From an uncultured virus (IMG/VR IMGVR_UViG_3300011830_000001) (taxonomy: Duplodnaviria; Heunggongvirae; Uroviricota; Caudoviricetes): a stretch of DNA of 64,000 bases. Shown here in pieces: positions 46,472 to 56,675 of the stretch. Below the pieces are notes generated by a model. That model saw only the letters and a program-made list of their open reading frames with translations. It was not told where the DNA came from and ran no database searches. Each line of letters begins with the position of its first letter. Position 1 is the first letter of the stretch. The position numbers and the translations under genes were made by a program. The DNA is taken from positions 1 through 64,000 of the IMG/VR virus record IMGVR_UViG_3300011830_000001; one strand, written 5' to 3'.

Positions 46472-49400
46472 ATGCGAAAAGACACATCTACGATTGGCGA
46501 TATTCTGGATGCCATCGACAGCGCGAGCGATCAGGAGCTGCGTTTACTCCAGGGTATCCGGGGCGATATCAGGAAGCTCCAGCCGTCTAACATGCGCATC
46601 ACGCGCAGCAATGCGAAGCCTGGCGAGCACTCAGAAAAGCCCGAGCTGTTCGTATTGCGGGACGTGCTGCGGGAACTCCAGACGCAGGGGCGGAACTCCA
46701 GTAGCCTGAACGCCGCCGCGCTGGCCCGCAACCAAAGCGAACTCAAATCACCCGACCGGGCGCGTGCCCGCGCTGCCGCTGAGCGTATCGTGCATGCGCC
46801 CACGCGTCCGCGTACCTATAACCGCGATCTACAGGGCCGGTTCGTGTCACCGAAGCGTCTGGGCGGCAATGATCTGAATATCAAAGTGACGGCCCCAAAA
46901 CAGCCGAAGCCGGACTCTCTGTTTAGCAAGGGCGATATGGATGCGCTGGCGAAGGAGATCGGCGACGAGGTTAAGAAATACCAGCCCAAAACCAGGCAGT
47001 CTGTTACTAAATCCCAGCAGCAGGAAGCCCGCAATATTGCCGCCGCGCAGCGCGAATTTGAGGAAGAACAAAATCAAGAGACTCTCCAGCGCCAGGACAC
47101 CACCAACCAGCTGCTGCGTAACCTGCTGAAAGAGGAACGTAAGAAAAAGCCGCTCGTCTCCGGCGGAACGGGTGGCGGTCTGGATATCAATGTCGGTAGG
47201 GGTGGCCTGTTCAAACGCCTGCGCGACCGGATTACAGGTAGGGCACGGGGTAAGGGTGGCAAGGCCGGGATACGGGGTAAAGCTGCTGGCGCTGCGGAAG
47301 ATGTTACGGACAACATGAAGAGGCGCAAAGGTGCTGCATCCTCATCAGGTGACGCTGCCGAGAAGAAAGCTGGTGGTGCAGGGCGTGACGCCTCCGGTCG
47401 ATTCATAAAGAAAGGCGCAGAGGAGGCCACCAGCAAGGCCGAAAAGAGAGCGGTTAGAGCCGTCGCTGAGAAGGTCGGCACAAAGGCGCTGCTGGGAACT
47501 GCCGTGCGTGCGGTACCCGTCATTGGTACCGTGCTGGGCGCAGGCTTTGATGCTGTTGGCGGCTACAGCGACAACGAAGGCCAGCAGAACGCGTTTACCC
47601 TCAAAAAGGGGCAGGAAGCCAGCACGCGCCAGAAGACCGAATATGCGCTGGCAAACATCGTGGATATGGGCGGGCTGGTATCCGGCGGCTCCCAGCTGCT
47701 GAGCATGGGGGCCAGCGCCTTTGGATTCGATGACGCGGCTAAAGCGCTGGACTTCTCCACGGAGGATATGGCACGCGGCATTGATAACATCGGTACCGAC
47801 GTTGTTAAGGGGGTAGGGGACGCCTGGGGCGACTTTAAGGACGTTTTCACCAGAGACAGCACCACTACTGAGAAATCAGCTGATAAGCGCAACGATAAGC
47901 TGATTACTGCCGTTGAAGCCCTGGGTATGCAGGCAGGAAACCCGCTCTATGGCGGGGGCGCGAACTTCCAGCTCGGCACGTTTGCCAACGATAACCCCAC
48001 GCAGGCCGCTTTACGCCACCAGCGCAATATGAGCGCGGTAGAGCAGGCGCAGATCACGGCAAACGAGCTGAAATATGGCGGTATCGTAGAGAAGACTGCC
48101 AAAGAATACGGCGTCGAATCCTCGGATATCTCTACCATCATCGGCAAGGAATCGTCATGGGATCCGACTGCTGCCAGTGGTACCGGGCCTGTAGGGCTGG
48201 GCCAGATATCAGAAGGTAAAGCTAAGGACTTAGGCTATAGCCTCGATGACCGTCTCGATCCGCAGAAAAACATCGAGATGACCAGCAAGCTGTGGGGCAA
48301 GCTGCTTAAGCGCTATCACGGTAACAAAAAGCTTGCGCTGCTGGCCTACAACCAGGGGGAAGGTAACGCCGATAAGGTAGCCAAAGGTGGAGAAATATCC
48401 TCTGATGGTGCGGCCTACCTGGAACGCTTTAACGGCACGATGGGGCTGGATAAGTACAGCACCACTGCGCAGGTAGACACGAAAGCGGGCGCGATTGGGG
48501 ACGGTAACAGCAAGACTGCTGACCAGTCGAAGATGATGAAGGCTTATGGCGATTTTAAGGACATCTTCACCGCGCCAAACGAGACCGCGACTAAGCTGCT
48601 GGCTGCGCATCGTATCGGGCATTTCGGGCAAAAGCCGTCTAAAGAACTGACGATGCCCGCTGGCGCTACCGTGCCGGACGCGCTCAAGGTGCAGCCGCAC
48701 CAGCTGGCTCAGCTGCAAGATCAGAATGGCACCGTATTGCCCGCCGACGCCACGGCTCCCTATGCCACAAGCCGGGGCAACCAGTACAGCCTGTCCAGCC
48801 CTGCCGCCGTGTCTGGTAGCCCGCTGACTAACGCAGGGAAGGGGTTAACGCTTGCCAACGCGCCGGAGGCCTTTACCGATATCGTGCGCAACGCGGGCGC
48901 AGACACGATCCAGAACATGACCGCAGGCATGTCCGGCGGCGGAGTTATGTCTGTCCTGACACAGAGCCTGCCGCCGCAGGTACAAGGGATGCTGGCCCCG
49001 CTCACGGGTATGCTCGGCAACCAGCTTGAATCCGCTATCTCCAGCGGGCGCGATGCGCTGACGGGCTTTATACGCGGCACGCCGGACAAGCCTGCACTAT
49101 CCGCGCCTGTCACTCCGGAAGCGGGCGGTACCGCTCTTAATACTCTGAATGCGCCCACCCCGGATACGGTACCCGCGCCGGACGTGGGAACCACCATCGA
49201 GGATGTGCTACGCGGCGCTACGGGGGACACGTTCAAAAACGCCACGGCGGGGATCTCCGGCAGCGGCATTATGTCTGCCGTCACAAACACCATGAATCCG
49301 CAGGTGGCATCTATTCTCCAGCCGCTAACGGGGGCGGTCGGTAACGGACTGGACTCCATGATCGGGGCAGGGCGGAGCAGCGTTATGGGGATGCTCTCCG

Positions 49401-49693
49401 GCGGGCCAGCGAAACCAAAATCCGTTACTGACCTGAGCGCCAGCAGTGTCACGGAAACCGTGTCCCGTGATGCCAGCACCCAGGCCGATAACAGTCAGAG
49501 CAACGACCTGCTAAGTCAGATCGCCGACCACATTCAGAGCCTGATTGGCATCACTAAAGACAGCCAGAAAAAGGACAGCGAAAAGCAGACCGCCAACCTG
49601 CCTACGGGTACCAACCAGCCTATGCCAAACGCCAATATTCCTATGCAGGCCACTGGCTCTGCCTTTGAAGAAATGATTAGAGGTCTCTTCTGA
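46472..49693 (+). CDS. sit: Sit tape-measure protein with lytic transglycosylase domain
   Basis: 1073 aa; IGKESS.DP.A.S..G..GLGQ...ALLAYNQGEG. Confidence 0.9.
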   Translation: MRKDTSTIGDILDAIDSASDQELRLLQGIRGDIRKLQPSNMRITRSNAKPGEHSEKPELFVLRDVLRELQTQGRNSSSLNAAALARNQSELKSPDRARARAAAERIVHAPTRPRTYNRDLQGRFVSPKRLGGNDLNIKVTAPKQPKPDSLFSKGDMDALAKEIGDEVKKYQPKTRQSVTKSQQQEARNIAAAQREFEEEQNQETLQRQDTTNQLLRNLLKEERKKKPLVSGGTGGGLDINVGRGGLFKRLRDRITGRARGKGGKAGIRGKAAGAAEDVTDNMKRRKGAASSSGDAAEKKAGGAGRDASGRFIKKGAEEATSKAEKRAVRAVAEKVGTKALLGTAVRAVPVIGTVLGAGFDAVGGYSDNEGQQNAFTLKKGQEASTRQKTEYALANIVDMGGLVSGGSQLLSMGASAFGFDDAAKALDFSTEDMARGIDNIGTDVVKGVGDAWGDFKDVFTRDSTTTEKSADKRNDKLITAVEALGMQAGNPLYGGGANFQLGTFANDNPTQAALRHQRNMSAVEQAQITANELKYGGIVEKTAKEYGVESSDISTIIGKESSWDPTAASGTGPVGLGQISEGKAKDLGYSLDDRLDPQKNIEMTSKLWGKLLKRYHGNKKLALLAYNQGEGNADKVAKGGEISSDGAAYLERFNGTMGLDKYSTTAQVDTKAGAIGDGNSKTADQSKMMKAYGDFKDIFTAPNETATKLLAAHRIGHFGQKPSKELTMPAGATVPDALKVQPHQLAQLQDQNGTVLPADATAPYATSRGNQYSLSSPAAVSGSPLTNAGKGLTLANAPEAFTDIVRNAGADTIQNMTAGMSGGGVMSVLTQSLPPQVQGMLAPLTGMLGNQLESAISSGRDALTGFIRGTPDKPALSAPVTPEAGGTALNTLNAPTPDTVPAPDVGTTIEDVLRGATGDTFKNATAGISGSGIMSAVTNTMNPQVASILQPLTGAVGNGLDSMIGAGRSSVMGMLSGGPAKPKSVTDLSASSVTETVSRDASTQADNSQSNDLLSQIADHIQSLIGITKDSQKKDSEKQTANLPTGTNQPMPNANIPMQATGSAFEEMIRGLF

Positions 49694-50043
49694 TGAATGA
49701 AATTCACAGCCAACTAAAAGTTGATGTAGGTGGGGTAATTCTCTTCCTAGATGAGAATGCGATCCCGGCCCGGCTCACTGAATGGCTCCAGACGCCCGAG
49801 GGGGCTGTGTGGGGCTGGCCTCAGTGGGGCAACCCGATGAAGCGGTTTAGCCACGATCCGACCAACGAGAATACGGCAATCGCCATTGAGGCCTATCTGA
49901 TAAACAAACTGCGCACCGACGTACCCGACCTTAAATTAATCGGGATACGCTGCGAGGCAATCCAGTCTGATATGTACCGGGTGCAGTTTTTCCACCAGTC
50001 CGGCGCGTATGAAATATTTATGCAGAGCGAGAGCGCACAATGA
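49693..50043 (+). CDS. pmgA: PmgA baseplate protein
   Basis: RLTEWLQTPEGAVWGWPQWGN; position between sit and bplA. Confidence 0.85.
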   Translation: MNEIHSQLKVDVGGVILFLDENAIPARLTEWLQTPEGAVWGWPQWGNPMKRFSHDPTNENTAIAIEAYLINKLRTDVPDLKLIGIRCEAIQSDMYRVQFFHQSGAYEIFMQSESAQ

Positions 50044-51536
50044 CCGTCCAGGAACTTTACGACAAATTTAATACCCTCATCACGGATAACCGCTGGTGGA
50101 GCCGTTTTGCGAATAGTCAGTTTATTCGCATGATGGCGATGTTTGGCGCACAGGTGATTTATGTTTGCCGCAGCTATGCAGAAACAGCCCTTCCGGAGGG
50201 CTTTATCTCGACGGCGAACAAGCGATCTTCCATCCTCGCAGCGGCAGAAGACAGGGGCTATGTGGCCCGTATGGTTAAGGCCGGGTACGGTACCGTTGAT
50301 ATTAACAATAAGACCAGCTCGCCTATTCAGCTCCCCAGCAATATGACGCTGTGGGGCGAAAACCAGTACCCCTATGTGCTTACAGATGCCGTCACAATCC
50401 CAGCGAATGGCGTGATACAAAATGCTGCTGTTGAGCAAAAAGAATTAGTCACAATTGACACCAATATCGATAAAAGCGTCGAATTTTTGTCAATTCTGCT
50501 GCCGAAGGATATCACCGCTAAGACCGTTGACATTACGGTTTACGTTATCTCGGATGGAGTAAGCGAAAAATGGGAGCATAACGCTCAGTTTCGGCTGGCT
50601 ACAGGTAAAAGTAAGAACTACACGACATTTTATAAGCCAACCGAACAAATCGGGATCCGCTTCGGTGATGGCTCTATTGGCATGATGCCGCCTGATAACT
50701 GCACTATTCGTTTACAGGTATGGACGTCGGAAGGGGATCTGACGCTGGTGGCAGGCCAGCGTCTGAAACCATCCGGTGATTTCCAGTATCTGACGACCTC
50801 GGTTGAAATCATGACGTCAACGCCTGTTACCAATGGTGCCGATATTGAGTCAACGGAAGAGACCCGCAATCGTGCAATGTACAGCGTGGTCTACGATGAC
50901 CAGATCGTGTGGCGGGGCGATTATAAATTTTACCTGATGGGTAAACTTCCCGGAATCTCGTGGCTGAACGTGTGGGGCGAGAGCGACGAGGAAACGGCGA
51001 ACGGCAAAAATGCAATGCTGAATGGTGCACCAGCAGACGGCATTTATACGCCGCCCGGCGGTCTGCCGTTGAAGATGGTTAACGGTAAGTTGATGGATGT
51101 TCAAAACATCAACACTATTTTCTTTTCCGCACATAAACCCGGCGTGACTGACCAGGAAATTGGAGATTTGATAATTACTGCGCTAACCTCAATTCCCACC
51201 CGGATGAATAAGAAATTTAAGCACTATCTGCCAAATAAATTGCCGTTCACCCTCACTTTAACAGGCAAGGTTAATCCGGAAGTCATTATTTCCGATGCCC
51301 TCACGAATATTCGCCAGGCGCTTGAATCTCAATTCGGCATTGATTCGACTACTGTTGCCGATCAGCGCGTACGTGGATTTAATACCATCAAAGAGAATGA
51401 CATTTGGGCGGCAATTCAGGCGTTGAGCTGCCTTTCTGAATTTAAAATAGAGGTGATCGGGATGAGTGAAGCCGTTCTACCTTATGATTTTATCTATCTC
51501 AACGTGCAGAACAGCACGATTAGCATTTCCTACTAG
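50040..51536 (+). CDS. bplA: BplA baseplate wedge protein
   Basis: EGFISTA.KRSSILAAAEDRGY, IRFGDG, NVWGE. Confidence 0.9.
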   Translation: MTVQELYDKFNTLITDNRWWSRFANSQFIRMMAMFGAQVIYVCRSYAETALPEGFISTANKRSSILAAAEDRGYVARMVKAGYGTVDINNKTSSPIQLPSNMTLWGENQYPYVLTDAVTIPANGVIQNAAVEQKELVTIDTNIDKSVEFLSILLPKDITAKTVDITVYVISDGVSEKWEHNAQFRLATGKSKNYTTFYKPTEQIGIRFGDGSIGMMPPDNCTIRLQVWTSEGDLTLVAGQRLKPSGDFQYLTTSVEIMTSTPVTNGADIESTEETRNRAMYSVVYDDQIVWRGDYKFYLMGKLPGISWLNVWGESDEETANGKNAMLNGAPADGIYTPPGGLPLKMVNGKLMDVQNINTIFFSAHKPGVTDQEIGDLIITALTSIPTRMNKKFKHYLPNKLPFTLTLTGKVNPEVIISDALTNIRQALESQFGIDSTTVADQRVRGFNTIKENDIWAAIQALSCLSEFKIEVIGMSEAVLPYDFIYLNVQNSTISISY

Positions 51537-51546
51537 GGGCCGCGCT

Positions 51547-52593
51547 ATGCTTAAAGACTGGTTACGTAAGCAGCTGCCCCCGGCAAAGGCGGAAAGCGAA
51601 ATGTGGAGCGGCTATGTGGCGCTGCTCCAGGAGCTGGCTGAAACCCACGTGGAACCTCTGTTGCTGCGCATCGATAACAGGAAAAGCCTGTTTACGATGG
51701 CGGAAGAGGATTTAGATACCCGGATGGCGGAGCTGGGACAATTCTTCCAGATCCGCGCCAGCAACACCGCCAACAAACCTATACTGCTCGCGCAGCGTAC
51801 TGACGAGATCCACTTCAAAGGCACAGACCGCCCGATAGTGGCTACCTTCTGGCGTGAATTTAATAACCTTCCGGCACGCTGGGAACCGCTCTATGCGCCG
51901 TCTGACGTTGACCAATTCCCTTACGGAACGTACTTCACGACGGCGGACGGCGTGCCATACGCGAAGCACACTTACGGCGAGTTCTTCTTAACGTCGCGTG
52001 GCAAAATAACCCTCTCCATTAACGTCCTGTACAACATGTACGGGGCGGAACGCCCGGATGAGCTGCTACGCCGCTTACAGGAAGAGTTTGAGGGGATTGT
52101 AGAGCCACTATTGCCGCTGGATATCGTGATGGATGGCTTCCTGATGTACCTCGAATTTGAGGTAGAGGAACTGTCTGATCAGATCACGCTGACTAACGTT
52201 ATTACCACCCTGAATTTTGAGCCTATCGTGGTTCGTGGTGACACGATCAGCACCTTTTCCACCAAAATAATGCTACCTCTGATCGCGCTGGAACCCGGCG
52301 TACGGGTCATGGAGGACGTGGCTCAGCGCTTCGATTTACAACCGCTTGACTCCTGGCGTCAGGATGCTGTTATTCGCCCGCCGATCTTACCCGGCGTACC
52401 CTCCGCAGATACACGCATGGTGATCGACGCAAACAGTACCGCTATTGAGGTGCAGGGGGCACGGGAAATCGCCGTGGATTATTCAACGGGAGAGACGGAG
52501 TATTACGACACGACCGGGCAAACAGTGATGACCTTGCAGATCCCGCGCAGCCGGGCCGAGCAGATAACGGCTATTTTTTATACCTTCAATTAA
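51547..52593 (+). CDS. gp16 baseplate wedge protein
   Basis: RKSLFTM.EEDLDTR..ELGQFF, DEIHFKGT.RP, FLTSRG. Confidence 0.85.
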   Translation: MLKDWLRKQLPPAKAESEMWSGYVALLQELAETHVEPLLLRIDNRKSLFTMAEEDLDTRMAELGQFFQIRASNTANKPILLAQRTDEIHFKGTDRPIVATFWREFNNLPARWEPLYAPSDVDQFPYGTYFTTADGVPYAKHTYGEFFLTSRGKITLSINVLYNMYGAERPDELLRRLQEEFEGIVEPLLPLDIVMDGFLMYLEFEVEELSDQITLTNVITTLNFEPIVVRGDTISTFSTKIMLPLIALEPGVRVMEDVAQRFDLQPLDSWRQDAVIRPPILPGVPSADTRMVIDANSTAIEVQGAREIAVDYSTGETEYYDTTGQTVMTLQIPRSRAEQITAIFYTFN

Positions 52594-52658
52594 AATCGCT
52601 CACTTTCGTTAAATTACTCGTCGTAGCCTCATTCAACATTTCGAATGAGGCTACTTTC

Positions 52659-53102
52659 ATGGCTGCAACAATCTCAACTAACAATGGCCTTTTCAAAGGC
52701 AAGATGCTGGATTACTACTATGTCCGCCGCGCTGAATCAGCCATCGGGGGCGATCAATTTATCCTCGCCAGAGCCGCGTTTGGCACCTCCAGCCTGGTCA
52801 CGCAATCGAGCACGCAAAATGGCTGGGTCATCGCCGATATTCCGCCTGACTTTAAAAAATCAGACCTGCATAGCCGCTTTGCTGAATGCCCGCTGGTGCT
52901 AAGCCTGAGCGGTGCAAATATCAATATCAGCGCCACCCTGTCCGATTCTGATCTGGCGGATGACGCGCCACACAATCTCAATACCATGATCCTTCTGGAT
53001 AACAAGGGGGAAGCCGTGGCGGTGCTGTGCTGCCAGCAGGACACCGTTTATCGCGGTAAGGTCTTCCAGGCCATGATGACCATTGAGCAGAGGGCGTCCT
53101 GA
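52659..53102 (+). CDS. gpR tail-fibre attachment protein
   Basis: LDYYYVRRAES, FGTSSLVT as in P1 gpR. Confidence 0.88.
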   Translation: MAATISTNNGLFKGKMLDYYYVRRAESAIGGDQFILARAAFGTSSLVTQSSTQNGWVIADIPPDFKKSDLHSRFAECPLVLSLSGANINISATLSDSDLADDAPHNLNTMILLDNKGEAVAVLCCQQDTVYRGKVFQAMMTIEQRAS

Positions 53103-56053
53103 TGTCAACAAGCGTAGGCGGGCAAATCATTACTGCCCCCGATATTTCAACGCTGGCGCTCCTGGCGGATATTCAGTATTTCGAGCCGTACAGTGCATCA
53201 GCGCTTAACCGCAAAATGCGCGGGGTAGTGCTGCCGGGAATTTACTCTGGTTTCACGCCCCGGCCTGGCGGTGGTCTCAATCTGCTGATCACCTCCACCG
53301 ACGTTGGTACTGGTGCGCTATCCGTTGATGTGGGAGCTTACTTCCAGGTCAATGTGCAGCAGATTAAAGACATTTTGATTCCGCTATCTGCCGGGCGTAG
53401 TTACATCATTGTCTGTGAGGGTAATTACGCCTATGGCACCCTGACAAAGCAGGTTTCCACCTCGTCCAACATTGACGCGGCGCGTATCTTCGCTATCCCT
53501 GTAACGCAGGCGCTGGCCCAAAATCAGCTGGAGCTGTGCCGCCTGACCATCCCGAATGGGGCAACGGCTATTACTCAGCAGATGATCGACGGATCACATC
53601 GCATCACACGTGCGCTGGGCGTCCTGTTGTCCGATGCAACAAATTCCTCTGATCCGACCGTGGCGGCGTCTTCCAAAGCTGTTAAGGACGCGCTGGATGC
53701 AGCAAAGGCGGACTCGGCGACACGTCTTGTGGCAGGAGCGATGGGGATCGGTGCGCAGGCCATCAATTTTGCGCAAAATTTTGACTGGCAAACCTACCCG
53801 TTTCATGGCGGCGAGTGTGTGCTAATTGACTGGGGAACAGCCCGGAATAACCCGCCATTAGGCTATCCAAATGGCGCATACCAGATAACGGTAATGGGCC
53901 TGTCAAATACGGATAATCAGTCTCTTCTGATTCGTCCAGTCAACGAACTGCTACCGCTGACACCGTTTTTTATCAGCTGGACGGGTGCCGCCGGTGCGCG
54001 TGATATCCGGTTCCGTGGCGTGCATACAAACTGGCCTGATATCACCAGCATAACAGGCGCTACGCCCAACTTACTGACGACTCGGGCTAATAGTGGGACG
54101 TATGACCAGAACATCAATGCTGGTGCACTGGTATCGCTGGGTTATCCCATCCAGGAGGCGGGTGTATTAACCGTCTCCCCTGGCCCATATGGCGTCGTGC
54201 AGGAGTACACCACGTACGCCTCCGGGCGTAAATTTTTCCGCGCCTCAACGTCAGAATCGACATTCAACGCCTGGAGTGAATACCCGACTTTTCAACGCGA
54301 CCTGTTTATGGCACGCGGCAAACTGATCGGAGTAGAGGCAGGCGAAGCCAACCGGGTTTATCTGGACAACCGCACATGGGGTATGAACGAGATCGTTGGC
54401 GGCGTTCGCAGTGAATGGTACGGACATAACGCCTATGCTGGCCTGCGGCGCAGTACAGACGTTAATATTATCGGCTATTCCATCGAACTTGATGGGGCAG
54501 AGCGCCTGCGCTTAAACACGTCTTCTTTACAGTTATACCTAAATCAGGTAGGGGTATATGACAATAATCCGGCTTATTGTCTTTATGCTTCAAATGGGGT
54601 GCAGTTAGGCAACATCCAGGCAGATGCTACAAAAGGTACACTGCGTATTTGGAACGGCGACAATACTACATTCAACTTCCAGAACGGGATGATTAATAGT
54701 GTAGGGAAGAAACCATCCGGGCCGACTCAGGCATTGCTGCGTGGTGAAACAGAAGGAAGTGGCTGGGGAGACTGGCGATCCCGTTCCAGTGGGCTTCAAG
54801 TGGATATGCCCGCTACTGGCACAGCTTATACTATCTGGAAAGCCACGCGCTGGGGTGATGTTGAGATTGCTGCAATGTCTGCGGCAAAACTGAATGTAGG
54901 CAACAGCGTACGTCTGCATGTTGGAGTATCAGACTTCATTTTCGATGAAAATGGGAACCTGGCTGCTCCCGGCGTCATTAGTGCAGCTAATGGTCAAACA
55001 AGGCTCGCGAGTAATGCTGTTTACGTTGTAGGCGCTGGAAATAAGCATCTGTGGTTTCAAAATGCGGCGGGCAATGAGGTGGGGCTGATCTATGCCTCCG
55101 ATGACTATAAACTCCATCTCCGTGCAGCTGCTGGCCCCTCACTGGATATCGACAGTGGGGGTAACGTCACGATGAATGGCGTCGGTACGCTTTCCGCTCC
55201 TAATGTGTACGTTAAAAATACGCTCAACATCGGTGATAACGATTCCGGCCTGTGGGCCAAAGGTGACGGCACCATTTCTATTCGCTCAAACTCGGGTGAA
55301 GTGGGCTACTGGAATCAATCTGATTTCACTCTGAATATTAACCTCAAAACCGCTGGCACCTTAGCCGCCTCAAACATTGAGCTTTTAGGCGGTGAGCCTT
55401 TTATCGACTTCCATCGACCGGGTACCAACCAGGACTATAACGTCCGGCTTATCAATGATACTGACAATCGGATGCGACTCGTTGGGTCACGTGAAGATAC
55501 CGTGTTCATGAATGAATTTGGTCAGTTTATAGGTCGGGGCCGGGGTACCGCCTGGAACCAGGAGTATGGCACAACTAACATTGCGGCCTTTAACACTACC
55601 CGGTTTTACCTGCCCGCTGGAGATTCATGGTGCCCCATGATCAAAGGAGAAGGGTATAAATCAACGGGTTATACAACCGCCGTATCATATGGTTATTACA
55701 TCTCGCCACTGAATGTCTTTAACGATCCGGTCATCAGCGCCACGAACGATAACGGCAGTTTCGGTATGTGGCGATTCAACAACCAGGGCGGTGGCATTAC
55801 GTACTGGAACAGAGGCGGTAGTAAGGAGGTTATCTTTGACTCCGATCTGGCAGCAAAAGGTTTTATCTCGAATGTGCAACGTGGCGCGCCTGTTTCTCCT
55901 GGAAGAACGGATGATTATGGCGGTGTTGAAGCCCCTCAAGGCTGCGTGCTGACGAACGCCCGCCACGATCCAGGTGCACCCTACGGTATCCTCATAACTT
56001 ATCGACCTTTACAGATTTTGGTTAATGGCGCATGGCGCACTATTGATGGTTAA
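53102..56053 (+). CDS. tail fibre protein S
   Basis: P1 Sc-like N-terminus (ADIQYFEPYSASALNRK); knob-like segment (AGVLTV...QEYTTY); C-terminal YRPLQILVNGAWRTI. Confidence 0.93.
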   Translation: MSTSVGGQIITAPDISTLALLADIQYFEPYSASALNRKMRGVVLPGIYSGFTPRPGGGLNLLITSTDVGTGALSVDVGAYFQVNVQQIKDILIPLSAGRSYIIVCEGNYAYGTLTKQVSTSSNIDAARIFAIPVTQALAQNQLELCRLTIPNGATAITQQMIDGSHRITRALGVLLSDATNSSDPTVAASSKAVKDALDAAKADSATRLVAGAMGIGAQAINFAQNFDWQTYPFHGGECVLIDWGTARNNPPLGYPNGAYQITVMGLSNTDNQSLLIRPVNELLPLTPFFISWTGAAGARDIRFRGVHTNWPDITSITGATPNLLTTRANSGTYDQNINAGALVSLGYPIQEAGVLTVSPGPYGVVQEYTTYASGRKFFRASTSESTFNAWSEYPTFQRDLFMARGKLIGVEAGEANRVYLDNRTWGMNEIVGGVRSEWYGHNAYAGLRRSTDVNIIGYSIELDGAERLRLNTSSLQLYLNQVGVYDNNPAYCLYASNGVQLGNIQADATKGTLRIWNGDNTTFNFQNGMINSVGKKPSGPTQALLRGETEGSGWGDWRSRSSGLQVDMPATGTAYTIWKATRWGDVEIAAMSAAKLNVGNSVRLHVGVSDFIFDENGNLAAPGVISAANGQTRLASNAVYVVGAGNKHLWFQNAAGNEVGLIYASDDYKLHLRAAAGPSLDIDSGGNVTMNGVGTLSAPNVYVKNTLNIGDNDSGLWAKGDGTISIRSNSGEVGYWNQSDFTLNINLKTAGTLAASNIELLGGEPFIDFHRPGTNQDYNVRLINDTDNRMRLVGSREDTVFMNEFGQFIGRGRGTAWNQEYGTTNIAAFNTTRFYLPAGDSWCPMIKGEGYKSTGYTTAVSYGYYISPLNVFNDPVISATNDNGSFGMWRFNNQGGGITYWNRGGSKEVIFDSDLAAKGFISNVQRGAPVSPGRTDDYGGVEAPQGCVLTNARHDPGAPYGILITYRPLQILVNGAWRTIDG

Positions 56054-56588
56054 TTTCATGATCTTAAAAAATGTATCCCGGTATTACCCGGAAGAAATGC
56101 CTTTTGGGAATGGCGTGCAATATTTTCAGTGTGCTGACGGACAGGACTTTTACGAGTCGATGGACAAATTCACTGCTCGTTACAAGCTGTGCATTGATCC
56201 CGGTTCAGCGGTGATCCGTTCCTTTGCAGAGGATGTTTCAACCCTCTATCCTGCGGGCTTTGACATTGCGGAAACAGACGTCCTGCCTGATGGTTTCAGT
56301 ATTAACGGTGACTGGCAGTTTGTTGGCGGCAAGGTAGTGCCACGCGTTTATACTCCCGCCGAGCAGCTGGTGATGGACACGAACAAGCGCGATATGCTGA
56401 TGACAGCCGCCAGCGCCCGCATCACTGCACTGACAGAGGCTCAGGAGGACGATGATATTACGCCGGAAGAGGTGGCAGAACTTGGTGCCTTACGTTCTTA
56501 TCGTGTCAGCCTGCGCCGTCTGGAGCTGGTAGAGGGCACGGAAACCGTCTGGCCTGATAATCCCGCCTTGTCCTCTAAAAAAAATTAA
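56046..56588 (+). CDS. tail fibre assembly chaperone (U/Tfa-like)
   Basis: DGQDFYES..KF, DVS.LYP, YRV.LRRL...WP..P. Confidence 0.9.
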   Translation: MVNFMILKNVSRYYPEEMPFGNGVQYFQCADGQDFYESMDKFTARYKLCIDPGSAVIRSFAEDVSTLYPAGFDIAETDVLPDGFSINGDWQFVGGKVVPRVYTPAEQLVMDTNKRDMLMTAASARITALTEAQEDDDITPEEVAELGALRSYRVSLRRLELVEGTETVWPDNPALSSKKN

Positions 56589-56593
56589 ATCTA

Positions 56594-56617
56594 AACCCGC
56601 TTCGGCGGGTTTTTTTA
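56594..56617 (+). terminator. intrinsic terminator
   Basis: AACCCGC-TTCG-GCGGGTT followed by a T run. Confidence 0.9.
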
Positions 56618-56627
56618 TTCCCGCCCG

Positions 56628-56648
56628 CTAATAAACAAATTTTATCCT
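56628..56648 (+). promoter_or_regulatory. putative late promoter of the dar operon
   Basis: CTAATAAAC-6 nt-TATCCT. Confidence 0.7.
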
Positions 56649-56675
56649 GCGCTCCTGAACAACGAGGGGGCTTGC

